Shown here: one piece after another, positions 1-14,176 of the stretch | How positions within the stretch are numbered: the stretch's first letter is position 1 | Layout: each line of letters begins with the position of its first letter | Assembly: GCF_011745625.1 (NCBI RefSeq) | Contig: NW_027191458.1 | Coordinates: 62,001 to 126,000, forward strand | Direction of reading: 5' to 3' | Source of the DNA: Cladosporium halotolerans | Taxonomy: Eukaryota | DNA length: 64,000 nucleotides | Program-made: the position numbers and the translations under genes | The notes under the pieces: generated by a model | The model's input: the letters and a program-made list of their open reading frames with translations, nothing else | The model's database searches: none | Told to the model about the DNA's origin: nothing

Positions 1-1077
1 AGCGCCAAGGGCATGGTAGTGACGGGTAGCGGTGACAAGACTGTGCGTGTGTGGAGTCTGACGGACTACAGCTGCTTGCGGACATTCGAAGGTCACGTAA
101 ACAGTGTGTTGAAGGTTGTGTGGCTCCCGCCTCCGCCCAAGCAGGCAAAGAGCGATTCACGAAGAGGCATTCAAGTTGCAAGTGCTGCTGGCGATGGTCT
201 CGTGAAGGTGTGGGATGCACAGAGTGGCGAATGTGCGGCGACATTAGACAATCACATCGATCGTGTGTGGGCTCTTGCGGTCAAGCCGAAGCCCTTGCTC
301 TCCGAGGCAGAGCAGAAGAGACTGAGCAGCAAGGACTCTGAAATGGCTGACGCCGATGAGGACGAGTCCCACGAGGACCAAGTTACACTGGTGTCCGGTT
401 CTGCCGACAGCACCCTCACATTCTGGACCGATACCACCGCAATCACCGCACAGCAGGCCACCACCCAGGCGACAGCTCGCATAGAGCAAGACCAAGAACT
501 CCAGAACCACATCCGCGCCAACAACTACCGCGAAGCCATCGTCCTTGCCCTCCAACTCAACCACCCCAAACGCCTCCTCGACCTCTTCAGCGCAGTCGTC
601 AGCGGGACACACGACCCTGCTTCAATCTGCGGCAATGCCGATGTCGACGAGGTGCTCTCCAACCTTAGTGATGCTCATCTCTGGGCCTTGCTCCGCCGTC
701 TGCGTGACTGGAATGCGAACGCCCGCACTCACAATGTAGCGCAGCACATCCTCTACGCTCTTTTGCGATTACATCCCAAGGAGCGTCTCCTGAATGTCCG
801 CAAGAGGAGAAAGACGCCCATCCCTGCTATCGATGAAGAAGTCAACGGCGATTTGGCCCAAGCGATGGGAACTCTGAGCACGAAGGAGAAGACGCAGGAA
901 AGCGTGAAGGATGTTCTCGATGGCTTGAAGGCCTACACCGAGAGGCATTACCAGCGTCTGGACAAGATGAGCGAAGAGCGATTCGTCTTGCTCTGGGCGC
1001 TGCAACAAATGGATGGTGTCGCTGCCGGAGGTGCCCTTGATGGATTCCGGAACGACGATGTGATGATGCTGGAATAG
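1..1077 (+). CDS. UTP13: U3 snoRNP-associated WD40 protein Utp13, 3' portion (gene starts before the window)
   Basis: The frame is open from base 1. WD repeats (GSGDKTVRVW, FEGHVNSVLKV, GDGLVKVWD, NHIDRVWAL) are followed by the Utp13 C-terminal domain (EQDQELQNHI...ALQLNHPKRL...LRDWNANAR...AYTERHYQR). Stop TAG at 1075-1077. Confidence 0.93.
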   Translation, partial: SAKGMVVTGSGDKTVRVWSLTDYSCLRTFEGHVNSVLKVVWLPPPPKQAKSDSRRGIQVASAAGDGLVKVWDAQSGECAATLDNHIDRVWALAVKPKPLLSEAEQKRLSSKDSEMADADEDESHEDQVTLVSGSADSTLTFWTDTTAITAQQATTQATARIEQDQELQNHIRANNYREAIVLALQLNHPKRLLDLFSAVVSGTHDPASICGNADVDEVLSNLSDAHLWALLRRLRDWNANARTHNVAQHILYALLRLHPKERLLNVRKRRKTPIPAIDEEVNGDLAQAMGTLSTKEKTQESVKDVLDGLKAYTERHYQRLDKMSEERFVLLWALQQMDGVAAGGALDGFRNDDVMMLE

Positions 1078-1623
1078 AGGGTAGGAGAAGATGCTAGAGC
1101 ATGGCAGGAAAATTTGGTAGTCGAATGTAAGATCCAATGTGACGACTGGAAGAGAATAAGATTTTCCTCACGCCTCTAGAGAATTCTCACAACAAAATTC
1201 AGCTTCATGATGGCACTTCGACGATTCGATACGTTTCACGAAACATCAATTGGAAGAACTGACGATCGTTCGAGAGCGAACTTGGAGATGCTTCGTCTCC
1301 GGCGAGAAACAATATAAAGGGCTCTTCCTGGCCCTCCCTCTCAATCTTTTCTTCCCATCCTCCTCAACCACAGCGTGATTAACCTCAGTACAGCTACCTA
1401 GCTCGCACCACCGACACCAATTATCCTTTACCATATCGACAACAGTATACGACCTCTCACATTAGCATAAACAGAATCCCAACTTCTCGGTCCATTTGAC
1501 CTTAATCTGATCAAGATCACCGGTACAATCTCGATTCTCAACTGCCAATCGTCGACTATCATGGGGTACTCAGATTCCACCGGCGCGGGAAGACACTGGA
1601 TGTCTCGGCGCAGTTTCTCCATC

Positions 1624-4600
1624 ATGTTCGCCCGTCTCATGGTAACCCTGCTCGCTCTATGCTTCGTCTCCGAGTTGCCCCATCTCCTCACCTTCGCCCA
1701 CGCCAGTCCGACAACTCACCTGGCGCGTCGCGAATCCTTGCAAGAGCGTGGGATTGGGGACGCCCTTCTTCAGCCTCTAAGGGACGCCAACATGACCCAG
1801 GTCTTCGGAGTCATCCTGAAGAGCATCATCCCTCCTTTACCTGTCCCTTCCTCTCATTCGCCGACCCCGCCGACCGAGCACGGTACGGCTGCGATCGACA
1901 AGGTCGCACATCACGCTGCCAAAGAACTCCAATTCAACCTTGACTTTGACCGAATTCACGAGGTGTTCGAGGCGTCTTATGCGCGTCGGGATCAGAGCGG
2001 TGATCCGGCGACGGTGGATGAAAGGTGGATTGCAAAGCAAATGTCGGAGGAGATTCCCAAGTTGAAAAAGCAATTTGAGGGACTACTCAAGCAAGCATCG
2101 ACTCCTGGTCAGAAGCGCGACGTCGTCCTCGCTCTGCACAAAAACCCCAGTGACCAGAGCCCGGAAACGTCAAGCGACGCAGATCTCGACGTTACTGAGG
2201 AATCGTTGTCCAATTATGTCCTGGAGGACTTGGCAGCTGGCAATGGGACCACGAAGTTGACCTCCGAGAAGTCTTTTGCCGCTCACAGGTACGAGGAAGA
2301 GCACAAGGAATCACCTGTGGAGGCTGTGCAGAGATGGGTGAACCAGACTCTCGACAAAATCATTCCGGATGAGGTTCGTGGTTCGATTTGCGAGCATGTA
2401 GGCGTCGAGTGGCACGAATTGGCAAGCACTTCAAGCAATCGCGACGTGTCCGCATGGCCTGTCAAGATGAAGAAAACTATTGGAGAATACTGGATTTCGA
2501 GGGGAGCGTACATCTTGGAGCTCTATTCGTCGAGGAATACGCTCCCAACCTCTGCTTCATCCAATTCAAAGACAAGCACCAGCCTTCCCACCATCGTCGT
2601 AACAGGTCTCACCACAGGCCTACACCCAAATAGCTCTGCCACATTGACGAGTTCGAAGTCCGATCCAACGACGACGACGAGCCTTGCTTCTGTACGTTCT
2701 ACGGCAACCCAAGCGACTTCCGGCAAACTCCACGCCCGTCAAACGGCTACCCCGGACCCGAAAGTGGAACTCAAGGATCTATTCTGGAATACTCCCGAAA
2801 AGCGCAGTAATGGACGTGCCCACGCCTTTGACATTCAGGGCCAGCAAGCAAACTCCAAGGCAAGTGTGTCTCGTGTCCATTTGAAGAGAGACTTCCATGA
2901 CGTGCGATCATTCACGACACTTGCAAGCTCTCCATACTCTGATCCTAGCCCCTCCCAGCAACTCGAGAATAGCTTTGAGGAACGGGATGCAGAAGCGAAG
3001 AAGGGCGGTTCGGGCGGAAAGAAAGGTTCGGCCCCCGCGGCCAAAGCAGTATCGTCGGCTCCCAGCAAACCTACCTCAAAGGCCACCAGCGCTGCACCGG
3101 AGACCTCCAAGGCTACATCTCAAAAGGCTGCCGCAACCTCCAGTGCACATTCGTCAAAGACCTCATCTCACAAGGAATCCGCGACTTCCAGTGCCGACTC
3201 AAAGGAGTCTGAAAAAGAAGCGCCTGCGTCGTCATCCTCTCACAGTAAGACTGCTTCAGCAAGCGGCAAAGCTAAAGCAAAGGCGACTGCTGCTCTAGGA
3301 CTCGCAACAGACGCCTTCAGCAGCTTCCAGGCTTCACAGAAAGGCGAAGAAGGCACCGGAGGCGCTGCGGGCACAGCTGGAAAACTCGCAAGCTCCGCTT
3401 GGGACTCACGCAGGGGCCGCAAGAAACATGGATCGTCGGCCCATTCGAGCGCTGCAGCTGAGGAAGAGGCGATGGCTTCGGATGAGGCTGAAGTTGCCGC
3501 TGACGAAACCACAGTGGAAGAAGAGGCCCCCGTTGAGGAGTCTACTGGAAGCTCTCACTCCTCTAAGCTGAAGTCTCATGGGCGCTCAGGCAAAGGCCAT
3601 GGCAAGAGTAGCTCTACGCACTCCAGTTCCAATGCAGACATCAGCGAGAGCGAGGTCGTCGAAGAGTCTCCTGAATCTGAGACTGAGATTGCCGCTGAAG
3701 AACAACCTCCGGCATCGAGTAGAAAGAAAACATCGAGTCATGGAACCTCAAAGAAAGGCCACGGCTCGGCTACGCTTCAGCGTCTCACAAGACGAGCAGC
3801 AATGGCACTGGGAGACAAACGCCCAGCAAGTCCTGGTCAGGATGAGGATCCGTCGACTAAACGGACACGCGTAGAAGATCGTACAGGCGCTTCTGGAAAT
3901 GGTGTCGCGGCTGCATCTTCGCCGGGCGTCTCTGGAGGCGGTATGGGAGCAACTGGGCTAGGAAGTTCTTACGGCGATGTGAGTCCTGCTGGGCCGGTGC
4001 AAGGAGCTAACGAAGGCACCTCTGGGCTCGAAAATACAGTTGGAGGAGCTGTATCCCAGGCAGATGGCTCAGCCAGTGCCGCCGGAGCATCTCCCGCGAG
4101 TAATTCCCCTGCTGGCAGCCAGGATGTCTCTGGAAGCTCACTGGGTTCATCATCTGTACCGGATATCCCCTCGTCCTCTGGTAGGTTGCACGGAAGCGAT
4201 GCGCCTTTGGATGAGGCTGGCCCGGCTGCGAAAGGTGATGCAGGGTATGTAGCTGGCAGCGACTACGAGTTCTCGGCAGGTTATTCGGGCTATAGCACGG
4301 ATCGGGATACCTCAGATGTCTCGACCTTGCAACCAGATCACAAATCCGCTGGCGACTTGGGAAACTCTGGTGCTCCCGCAATTCGGCCTACGTCAAGCAT
4401 GAGTGTGCCTTCACTTCAGAGTACGGCGGCTTCTAACGATTGGAGTTCCATGAACAATCTCCGGTCTTACTACAACAAGCATACCAACACCCTCAATTCT
4501 GCGTCTCCAGTTGTAGAAAACGGTGACTATGCTGCAGAGAACCATGATGATGATTGGGGCATTACTGCCGAGCCTGATTCATACCTGAAGCAATCTCCAA

Positions 4601-6505
4601 ACAACCCTTACCTCAGCTCTCCAAAGATCGCAGGCGGCGATAATTATGCTGCCAACGGTAATTCGCCTGCGGACCTCGATCACACTGGGAGAAGCTGTAT
4701 CGAGCCCCAAGGGACCGTCTATTTTCGTCACATCTCCCGGAGGTCCAAAACTATACGCTGCGGAAGTTGCCCACTGGAGTGAGGATGGATTGCTGTTGCC
4801 ACCGCCCATGAACAGTTCTCCATATTCGATGGCTCACCACGGTTCGGCACCTGTCCCGTCGACTGCAGGAGCAATCGCATCCGATTCTGCCAATGCCGTG
4901 CCCACTACTAAAGCCAATGTTGCCGGAACTAGTTTGCCGGCCGCACAGCCCTCCGGCACAGTGATTCGTAGACTCGCCAGACGATCCGCCAGAGCACCCC
5001 TTGAAGCGTCGGACCAATTTGAAGATGAGGGCAGTAGCGGCAGCGGTAGCAGTGCAGAAGACAATGCCGATGACACAGATGGCGAGATGTCTTCTACGCC
5101 CATCACGGACAGCACCACTTCTATGGACGAGCCAGGCTCATCCGGCGATGACACGTATTCTTCCGAGGCACTGGAAGCTACTTCAGCAAGTGGTGATTAC
5201 TCTTCAGCTAGCGATCCTGCACCCAGTGGCACTTCAGCCATCGACTCTTCCCCCAGCGATACTTCAGGCGGTAACATGTCCGCGGCAGATGACTCGCAAA
5301 CGCCTAGTGATGAAGCAGCCTTGACATTGAGCACATCTTCGTCCGATGAGTCTCCTGCTGCTCTCCTGGAACACGCTTCGTCACTCGTAAGTCAGGCGAT
5401 CAAGGCTCTTTCAGGAGGTGGAAGCGATGGGGGAGATTCCACATCGTATCCCGAAAGCCCTGAGTCTGTCGGAAGCACCGCCGCTGACATAGACTCTTCA
5501 ATTTCTTCTTCGTCTTCTTCCTACTCTGATCTTGGCGATGAGGCAACCGCTGGCACATCATCTGCGGCGGGTTCAATTGATGCAGTAGGTTCTCCGTCAT
5601 CAAAATCTATGGGCATTGACTCCACCGGCGCGAACACTGATATGAGTGGTGCTGCGACCGGTTCTGGACTTGACTCAAGCTCTGGCAGTGCATCCAGCCT
5701 AGGTGACACGACAGACTCGGTATCTTTTGGTGCTATGGGCGGCGACATGAGCAGTGCGACTGGTGGCACGAGTGATATTTCCCTTGACTCCACCGCTGGC
5801 TCTACCAGCTCATCAGCCAGGGCAGGCGGATACTCTCCCTCGTCACTCGACGCAGCAGATCCCATGTCATCGGGCTTTTCAGGCGTTGGTGGCAGCAGCG
5901 CAAGCATGAGCGATACTTTGTCTGGATCTTCAGGCGCTGACTCTTCGAGTTCGCCACCCAAGGGTAGCGTGCCCGGGTCCACTGCTCTTGACGGCTCAGA
6001 CACTATTTCGTCAGGCTCTTCTACATCCGAAAGCAGTAACGCGAACAGTGACATTAGTGGCACGACTGCGATTGATCCTGGTTCTGACTCCATGTCGAGC
6101 TCTACCACTTCGTCGGTGCAGGGCAGTGGACCCGCAGCTGCTGCACCGGACGCATCAGATCCCAGATTAGCCCATTTTCTAAGCACTGGCCCTGGAGACG
6201 CGACCAGCATCATGAATGACAGTCCGTCAGGAACAGGAGGCGACTCTGACGCTGATTCTGGCAGCTCGTCAGCCGCCGGAAGTCGATCGTCGCCTTCCAG
6301 CCTCGGGGCATCAGAGCCTGTATCTTCCGACCCCCTCGGCGCCCCAGGAATCGGTGCGAGCAGTGGGATGAGTGATAGCCTGACTGGCACCGGATCTATC
6401 TCTGGGGCTGGATCTGGGCCCTTGCACGGCGCAGGGTCGAGTTCTGGCTCTGCATCTGGCAGTCAATCTGGTGCAATGAGCGGAGGAGCCGCATCACTGC
6501 CTTAG
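1624..6505 (+). CDS. Very large Ser/Ala/Gly-rich secreted protein of unknown function; reading frame changes near 4690
   Basis: Signal-peptide-like start MFARLMVTLLALCFVSELPHLLTFAHA-SP (ATG 1624). ORFs 1561-4782 and 4646-6505 overlap in different frames and have the same low-complexity composition. Many dibasic/Kex2-like sites are present. Confidence 0.6.
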
Positions 6506-8001
6506 AGCGCATGCGGGTCTGAATCCAATTTCTGATCCCCTCCATGTTGGCAATTGGTGAGAGGGCATGAGACTGGTATGGCGGTGAACCGAACACTTCG
6601 GGTCGATGTGGAAAGCTGGAGTAATTCGAGCTGTTCAAAAAGAGTTTCTTTTGTGACTATTAATCTGTATTGATGCTGGATTTAGTTGTAATAATTAGCT
6701 GCTTGATATTCCTGTACAACCGTTATTTCACTCGAGTGCAGCCGAACCTCAGGAACGGAACTAAACGTGGAAACGTGAGGTCAAACCTACCTCTGACCTG
6801 GATAGGCGCAAATTCTACGAAGTCGCAAGATAAACAGAACGGAATCTTAAGTGAGACAAAAGTAAAGGAAGACATATTCCATATCAACCTAATCTATACT
6901 ACGGCAAACACATCGAACCAAAGAATCAACCGCACGCATTAGAAGAAAGGCCCAACAGAGCAGTGACCAATTCAGCAAGCCAGTCTCTACTCGCCAACCA
7001 AAAAAAAAGGTAAGCAACAAGAGACCTTGCCTCGCCGACAGCCACGCCGCCCTCCGAACCTTTCCCAAGAGAAGAGCCAAAACAGAACGTGTTTTTGTGG
7101 AAACCCTGCGTTTCAATGCCAATCACCCATTTTCATTTCATCGCGCGCCCCGGCCTCTTCGGAAACCCCATCTCATTCCGCATCGAGAGGGTGAAGTGAA
7201 GGCCCAAAGCGCAAGACATTCGAAGGAGCACAAGCCCTCTTTCCTTCCGAGATGCCACCTTTTTCGTCGTGTTCGCCAAAAAGGGAGACCCGGAAAAAAG
7301 AGGAAAAGATCTATCAAGGTATCATCTGAAAAAGGAAAACAAGCAGGTCGCGTCTTCACTCGCTCGAGAAAGAAGTCCACAAGCTCCGGGAAAACGGGAA
7401 GGTGCGCAGAAGCTCAAGGCCTTGAGTGGTCGGTTTCCGCAGGTGTCGCCCTGCACCCGGCTGCCAGGTGGTTGACGACACCGATATGGCCCCAAGAGCC
7501 GCCGCGCAAGACATATCCCTTTCTCTCCGGTTTTTTTTTCCAGCAAGCAAAGCCGCAAATAACGCCCGAGTTGTGGATGATCAACATATGCAGAGTTCGC
7601 TTTTGGTTGGGTAGTAAAAAAGCAGGGTATTAACGCCGTATGCGAGCAAGCAAGCACGCTCTCGCTCCAGCAAACCAGCGGTCGGAAAGCAGATAGTCGT
7701 AAACCGGTCGTGATGCACGTGCGTTCGTCAGCAAGAGGCCCAGATGTAATCCCGTCAGGCCGTATGCGGAAAAACCCAGGCGCACTGAGTCCAGTAGAGA
7801 GCGCCAACTTTCCCCACGCCGATGCTATGCAGTCAGGCTGGAAAGTCAACGCGATGTATCATGCTGATTTGATAACCGAGTGGAAGCGCACGCTCGATCG
7901 CAAGTCGAAAAAAGAAAGAAACATTAAAGGGAACTGGCGAATCAAAGGCCTCAGTGCAGCAGAGAAGCCGGGAGAGGCTGAGCCGATGAGGCGCTGAGGT
8001 T

Positions 8002-10028
<2,027 letters not shown>

Positions 10029-10792
10029 GATTGCAATGTCGTCGTTCCGCGAGGTGGTGGAAGTGGGTTACGTTTGAGTTGAAGGGAGTGTAAGTCGGTC
10101 GGTGTGTATTGCTTGTGCAGAAGGCACGTGCGTCGTCTCGTACAAGGAACGCTTGCAAAGAGACACAGAAATGCTGATCTGAAACGGAGAAGTTTCTTGT
10201 TTCGGGTGATGGGAGGAAGAGTGTGGGTGGGTGATGTGAGGCTGGCTGCGTGAAATCACGGTGTAGTTTTTCTAAGAGAGAAGGGTCTGCCCATCACAGC
10301 GCGGGCCGTCCCTTGGCGCTAGTGGCGACTTGACGCTGCTGACCCGGTGCTTGCGATTGGCCCCTGCGCATGAGGGTTGCTCAACGTGAAAGTCAGAAGC
10401 AACAGTGGCGAGCATGTTCATATGACGATGCGGTGCGTTGGTAATCTGCAGAAGCGATGAATGTCCCGATGGTACTAGGGCTGGCTTTCCAACAAGGCAA
10501 TTGCGTGACACGTGATACTTGGAGGGTTTTCGTGTGCTACAACAGTCATTTTCATGTGCCGTGCAATGATATACTTTTCTGAGGCCCTTGAAAGACACCA
10601 TAAGGACAGTCATGTGCACCACGGTTATCAAATATCGATTTCTTCGAGTCACTAACAATACCCTGTAAATCCGTCCGTATTCGGTAAGTGTTCGAACCAA
10701 ATCAACAAACGACTTTATATCCAGACAGTACTAGTTTGACAGGCCTCAGGGTACGAATGTAATTGATTTCACATGTCTCAGGTTCATCATAT

Positions 10793-11079
10793 TCAAACCC
10801 CAGCCTTCTCATAAGCACCAGACCGCCCAGCAAAGCCAGCCTTCTGAGGCGAGTAAGCCTTGACAAACGCAACGCACGCGGCAACAATAACGCCAACGAG
10901 CGCAAGTTTGGCAACAAGGCTCAAGCCCTCCTCAGAAGCAGAGCCAGACTGGACCGGCAAGGCCTTGTCGAAACCAGAGCCAACCTTCTCACCACCCGCA
11001 TCCACCTTGGGCGCGTCGACACTCGCGCCCGCCCACTCGTCGTCCAAAGGCACAGCCGACCCGGCCGAGCCCTCCAAGC
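10793..11079 (-). CDS. cypB: Alternative terminal exon of cyclophilin B encoding a linker and a transmembrane anchor
   Basis: Donor G|GTATCC at 11198, branch GCTGAC at 11106-11101 and acceptor TAG ending at 11080 give in-frame ...PEEG-LEGSAG...LSLVAKLALVGVIVAACVAFVKAY...YEKAGV*. Confidence 0.8.
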
Positions 11080-11178
11080 CTAAGAGCAGAAAACGCAAGT
11101 GTCAGCCAGAGCATCGACACTGCCCCACGGCGAGCCAACTTGTCTGTCGGGAAGAGAGAGAGAGGCTAGGTAATAGGC

Positions 11179-11934
11179 TTAGAGTTCGGCACGGATACCT
11201 TCTTCGGGCACCTCGAGCTCGCCGCTCTTGACGATCTTGACGGGCTTGGAGGGCTTGTCGCCGGGGCCCTTGGGCACGTTCTCGATCTTCTCCACGATCT
11301 CGTAGCCCTCGAGAACCTCGCCGAAGACGACGTGCTTGCCGTCCAGCCAGGAGGTGATGGCGGTGGTGATGAAGAACTGCGAGCCGTTGGTGTCCTTGCC
11401 GGCGTTGGCCATGCCTGCGGTTGAGTCTGTTAGGATACCGAGCTCGCCAGATACCGTTGTGCTTTGTTCGTCCCAACTTACTCAGAAGACCCTTCTTGGT
11501 GTGCTTCAGCTTGAAGTTCTCGTCGGGGAACTTGTTGCCGTAGATGCTCTTTCCGCCAGTGCCGTCGCCCTTGGTGAAGTCACCACCCTGAATCATGAAT
11601 TGCTTGATTACGCGGTGGAAGTTGGAGCCCTCGTAGCCGTAGCCCTTCTCGCCGGTGGCCAGGGCGCGGAAGTTCTCAGCGGTCTGCAAGAGGCATTGGT
11701 CAGCTTCGTGCTCTGGAAAAACAGCATTGATACCAAGCTCACCTTGGGGACAGTCTTGCCGTAAAGACCGAGAACAATGCGTCCAACATCCTCGTCGCCG
11801 TGCTGAATGTCGAAGTAGACCTTGTTGGTGATCTTGGGGCCCTTGCCGGCAGCCTCGGTGGTCTGGGCGAAGTAGACGAAAGTGAAGGTCAGGATGACCA
11901 ACACGGAGAGGAGGACACGCTGGATGCTCGCCAT
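11179..11934 (-). CDS. cypB: ER cyclophilin B (peptidyl-prolyl isomerase), soluble isoform; exons 11934-11743, 11683-11482, 11414-11179
   Basis: Signal peptide, then [36 protein letters not shown] and [16 protein letters not shown]. Ends in RAEL, an HDEL-like retrieval signal. Both introns have canonical GT..AG ends and keep the frame. Confidence 0.95.
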
Positions 11935-12211
11935 CTTGTGCGATTGATGTTCTCGACCAAGAGGAAGAGTGCTAGCGGTGAAACAAGACGAACAGCCAGC
12001 TGGCGAACGCGGGACACGACGACCTGAAGCCAGGGCCCACTCGGATTGCGGAGAGATGCAAGGGCCCAGACGAAAGCCGTGGCAGCCTCAGGACGAAACG
12101 CCGCAGCCCGGCGCGGAAGTGAAGCCGGGCTCGAGAGTCGCAACCACGAATACCACGAACAACCTGCGACCACCACCCCTACGCTGCATCCGCCCCTTCA
12201 ACACCGCCAAA

Positions 12212-12694
12212 ATGGTATGCAAAACCCACCTCTTCCCAATCCCGCCAATCCTAGCCATCTAACAAAACCCGTCCAGGTCTTCATCTTCGGCACCCCCTTC
12301 CCCGAATCGCAACTCGTCTCAAAAGCCCTGCGCAGCTTCTACGGACTCGGGCCCCAAGCCTGCACGAAGCTGATGGCACGCTTCCACATCCACGACACGG
12401 CGCGCGTGGGCGCGCTGGCCGAGAAGCAGATCAACAACCTGGCGGGCGAGCTGTCGGAGATGACGCTGGAGAACGACGCGCGGAGGCAGCTGCAGGACAA
12501 CATCAAGCGGTTGAGGGACATGGGCACGTACAGGGGCAGGCGGCATGCGATGGGATTGCCGGTGAGGGGACAGAGGACGAGGACACAGGTGAGTGGTTGT
12601 GTTGAGGAGAGGTTTGGTGCGGATTGGAAGATGGCTGACCAGAGGGCAGATTATGAATGCGAGGAAGTTCAACCGCGTGGAGAGGAGAGGTTGA
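12212..12694 (+). CDS. SWS2: Mitochondrial small-subunit ribosomal protein uS13m; exons 12212-12214, 12277-12588, 12650-12694
   Basis: M-VFIFG...FYGLGP...[43 protein letters not shown] carries the S13 signature. Introns are GTATGC..CTAAC..CAG and GTGAGT..CTGAC..CAG. Confidence 0.93.
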
Positions 12695-13417
12695 GGAAGG
12701 AGCTTCTATCCGCGGTCTCTGGCCGCTTTCTTGTTATTTCGAAACTTTGCATACGCTCGGGCGAGCATCAGGCGGAGCTGGACTGGCGCACTACGAGACG
12801 GACTACACTTCACTGTAAAGATACCAATGTACAAAAGATGCATTCCATATCCCGAGAAGGGACTTGGGAAAAAGAACAAGACAGAAAGGTGCACTTGCAT
12901 TTCCACTTCAACCTCAACATATTTTGTTTGGGTTTTCTGATCTGGTCTATCACTACATCTTCGCAGGGCCCGCCCGGCTTCTATCATAAGTGATGAAGAA
13001 ATAGTGAGGAAAAAAATCAGCAACGCCAAGGAGCTCTTCCCGTCCACGCTATGCCGCTATGCCGACAACTCCAAAGGAGATAAAAAGTAAAAATTTCAGC
13101 ATCGATCATGAAAATCAAGAAAGCAGCCCTGCTGCGTGGGGTACCAATGCGTCCCTGAGCCGTCTACCCGAAACGCCGAAAGAAGAATCTCTAGGCTCCC
13201 AAAACCAAAAAAGCGAAGATATTAATCAACCGCTCATCATCATACAAGTCATGCGTCCGCCCACTCTGATGGTCACGAGCCGCCGCTGACAAGGCGCCTC
13301 GTCCACCCTGCTGACGAAGACGTTTCAGTTGCCTGCGACGAAGAGTCAGACCTCGCTTCAACAGGCAGCAATCTCAAATCCTCGACTATATAAGAAGGCG
13401 CAGCGCTCCCATGTCGT

Positions 13418-13747
13418 TCACCTACCTGGGTCTCTGGGCTGCGGGCCCAACGAAGCAAACGACATCCGGCCATTTCCTGGGTCCCTTGGTTGGGGACCAC
13501 GACGCATGCTCAGTCTTCCGTTGCCCGGATCCCGAGGCCAAGGGTCCTGCGGCCGTGGCTTTTGAGGGCCGTGACGGGCAGACATGGAGTTCGACATGTG
13601 GCGGGTGTCGCCGTCTCGCGGCTGTGGTGGTTGAGGGGCGTTGGGTCGTTGCGGCCTTCCTCTGTGGCTTGGTGTGCGAGTCTGGACGCGAGGGGCAGAC
13701 AGTGTGATGGCGAGAGGGGACTGTGATGGCTGGCTGAAGGCGATCAT
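13418..13747 (-). CDS. Small 109-aa Pro/Arg-rich orphan protein with repeated PQPRDPG(NG)R units
   Basis: ATG at 13747 lies downstream of a TATA-like CTTATAT (~13987) and a pyrimidine tract. The peptide repeats are conserved while their codons differ. Confidence 0.5.
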   Translation of the reverse strand: MIAFSQPSQSPLAITLSAPRVQTRTPSHRGRPQRPNAPQPPQPRDGDTRHMSNSMSARHGPQKPRPQDPWPRDPGNGRLSMRRGPQPRDPGNGRMSFASLGPQPRDPGR

Positions 13748-14176
13748 GAGTGGCAGGTGTATTATTTCAATGCCAGTGTAAGTCGACAAGGTCAAGACCG
13801 TCTTGGGTGTCTTGAGCGCTGGTGGAGAAGCAATGGTCTTGTTGGGTGTTGGGCGTTGGGCGTGAGTTGGTCTGCAAGCGAGTCTGGTGTTGTCGATCGA
13901 ACCGTGGAGTGTCGATGTGTGTGATGGAGATGTGTTTGCTATGTGGCAAGGGGCAGAGAAATAGGCGGAAAGCAAGAGCAATATAAGGTACCTACTCAAT
14001 TCACAGGGCTCAGGGCATTCCTTCGATGACATGGGGCTTGAGGCACCACCAGAGCCTCAAAGACAGGGCGCGGCGGTGGATAGTTGCCTGAGTGCACGTG
14101 GGATGAATCACCGTCACGGGACAGGCCTCCAATGACAGCGAGAACGACGGCCAGGACGAAGGCCATGGCAGGCGCA

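Noticed and set aside
14027..14045. ACATGGGGCTTGA resembling RNase P/MRP CR-V
   Set aside because: No matching CR-I able to form P4 was found upstream.
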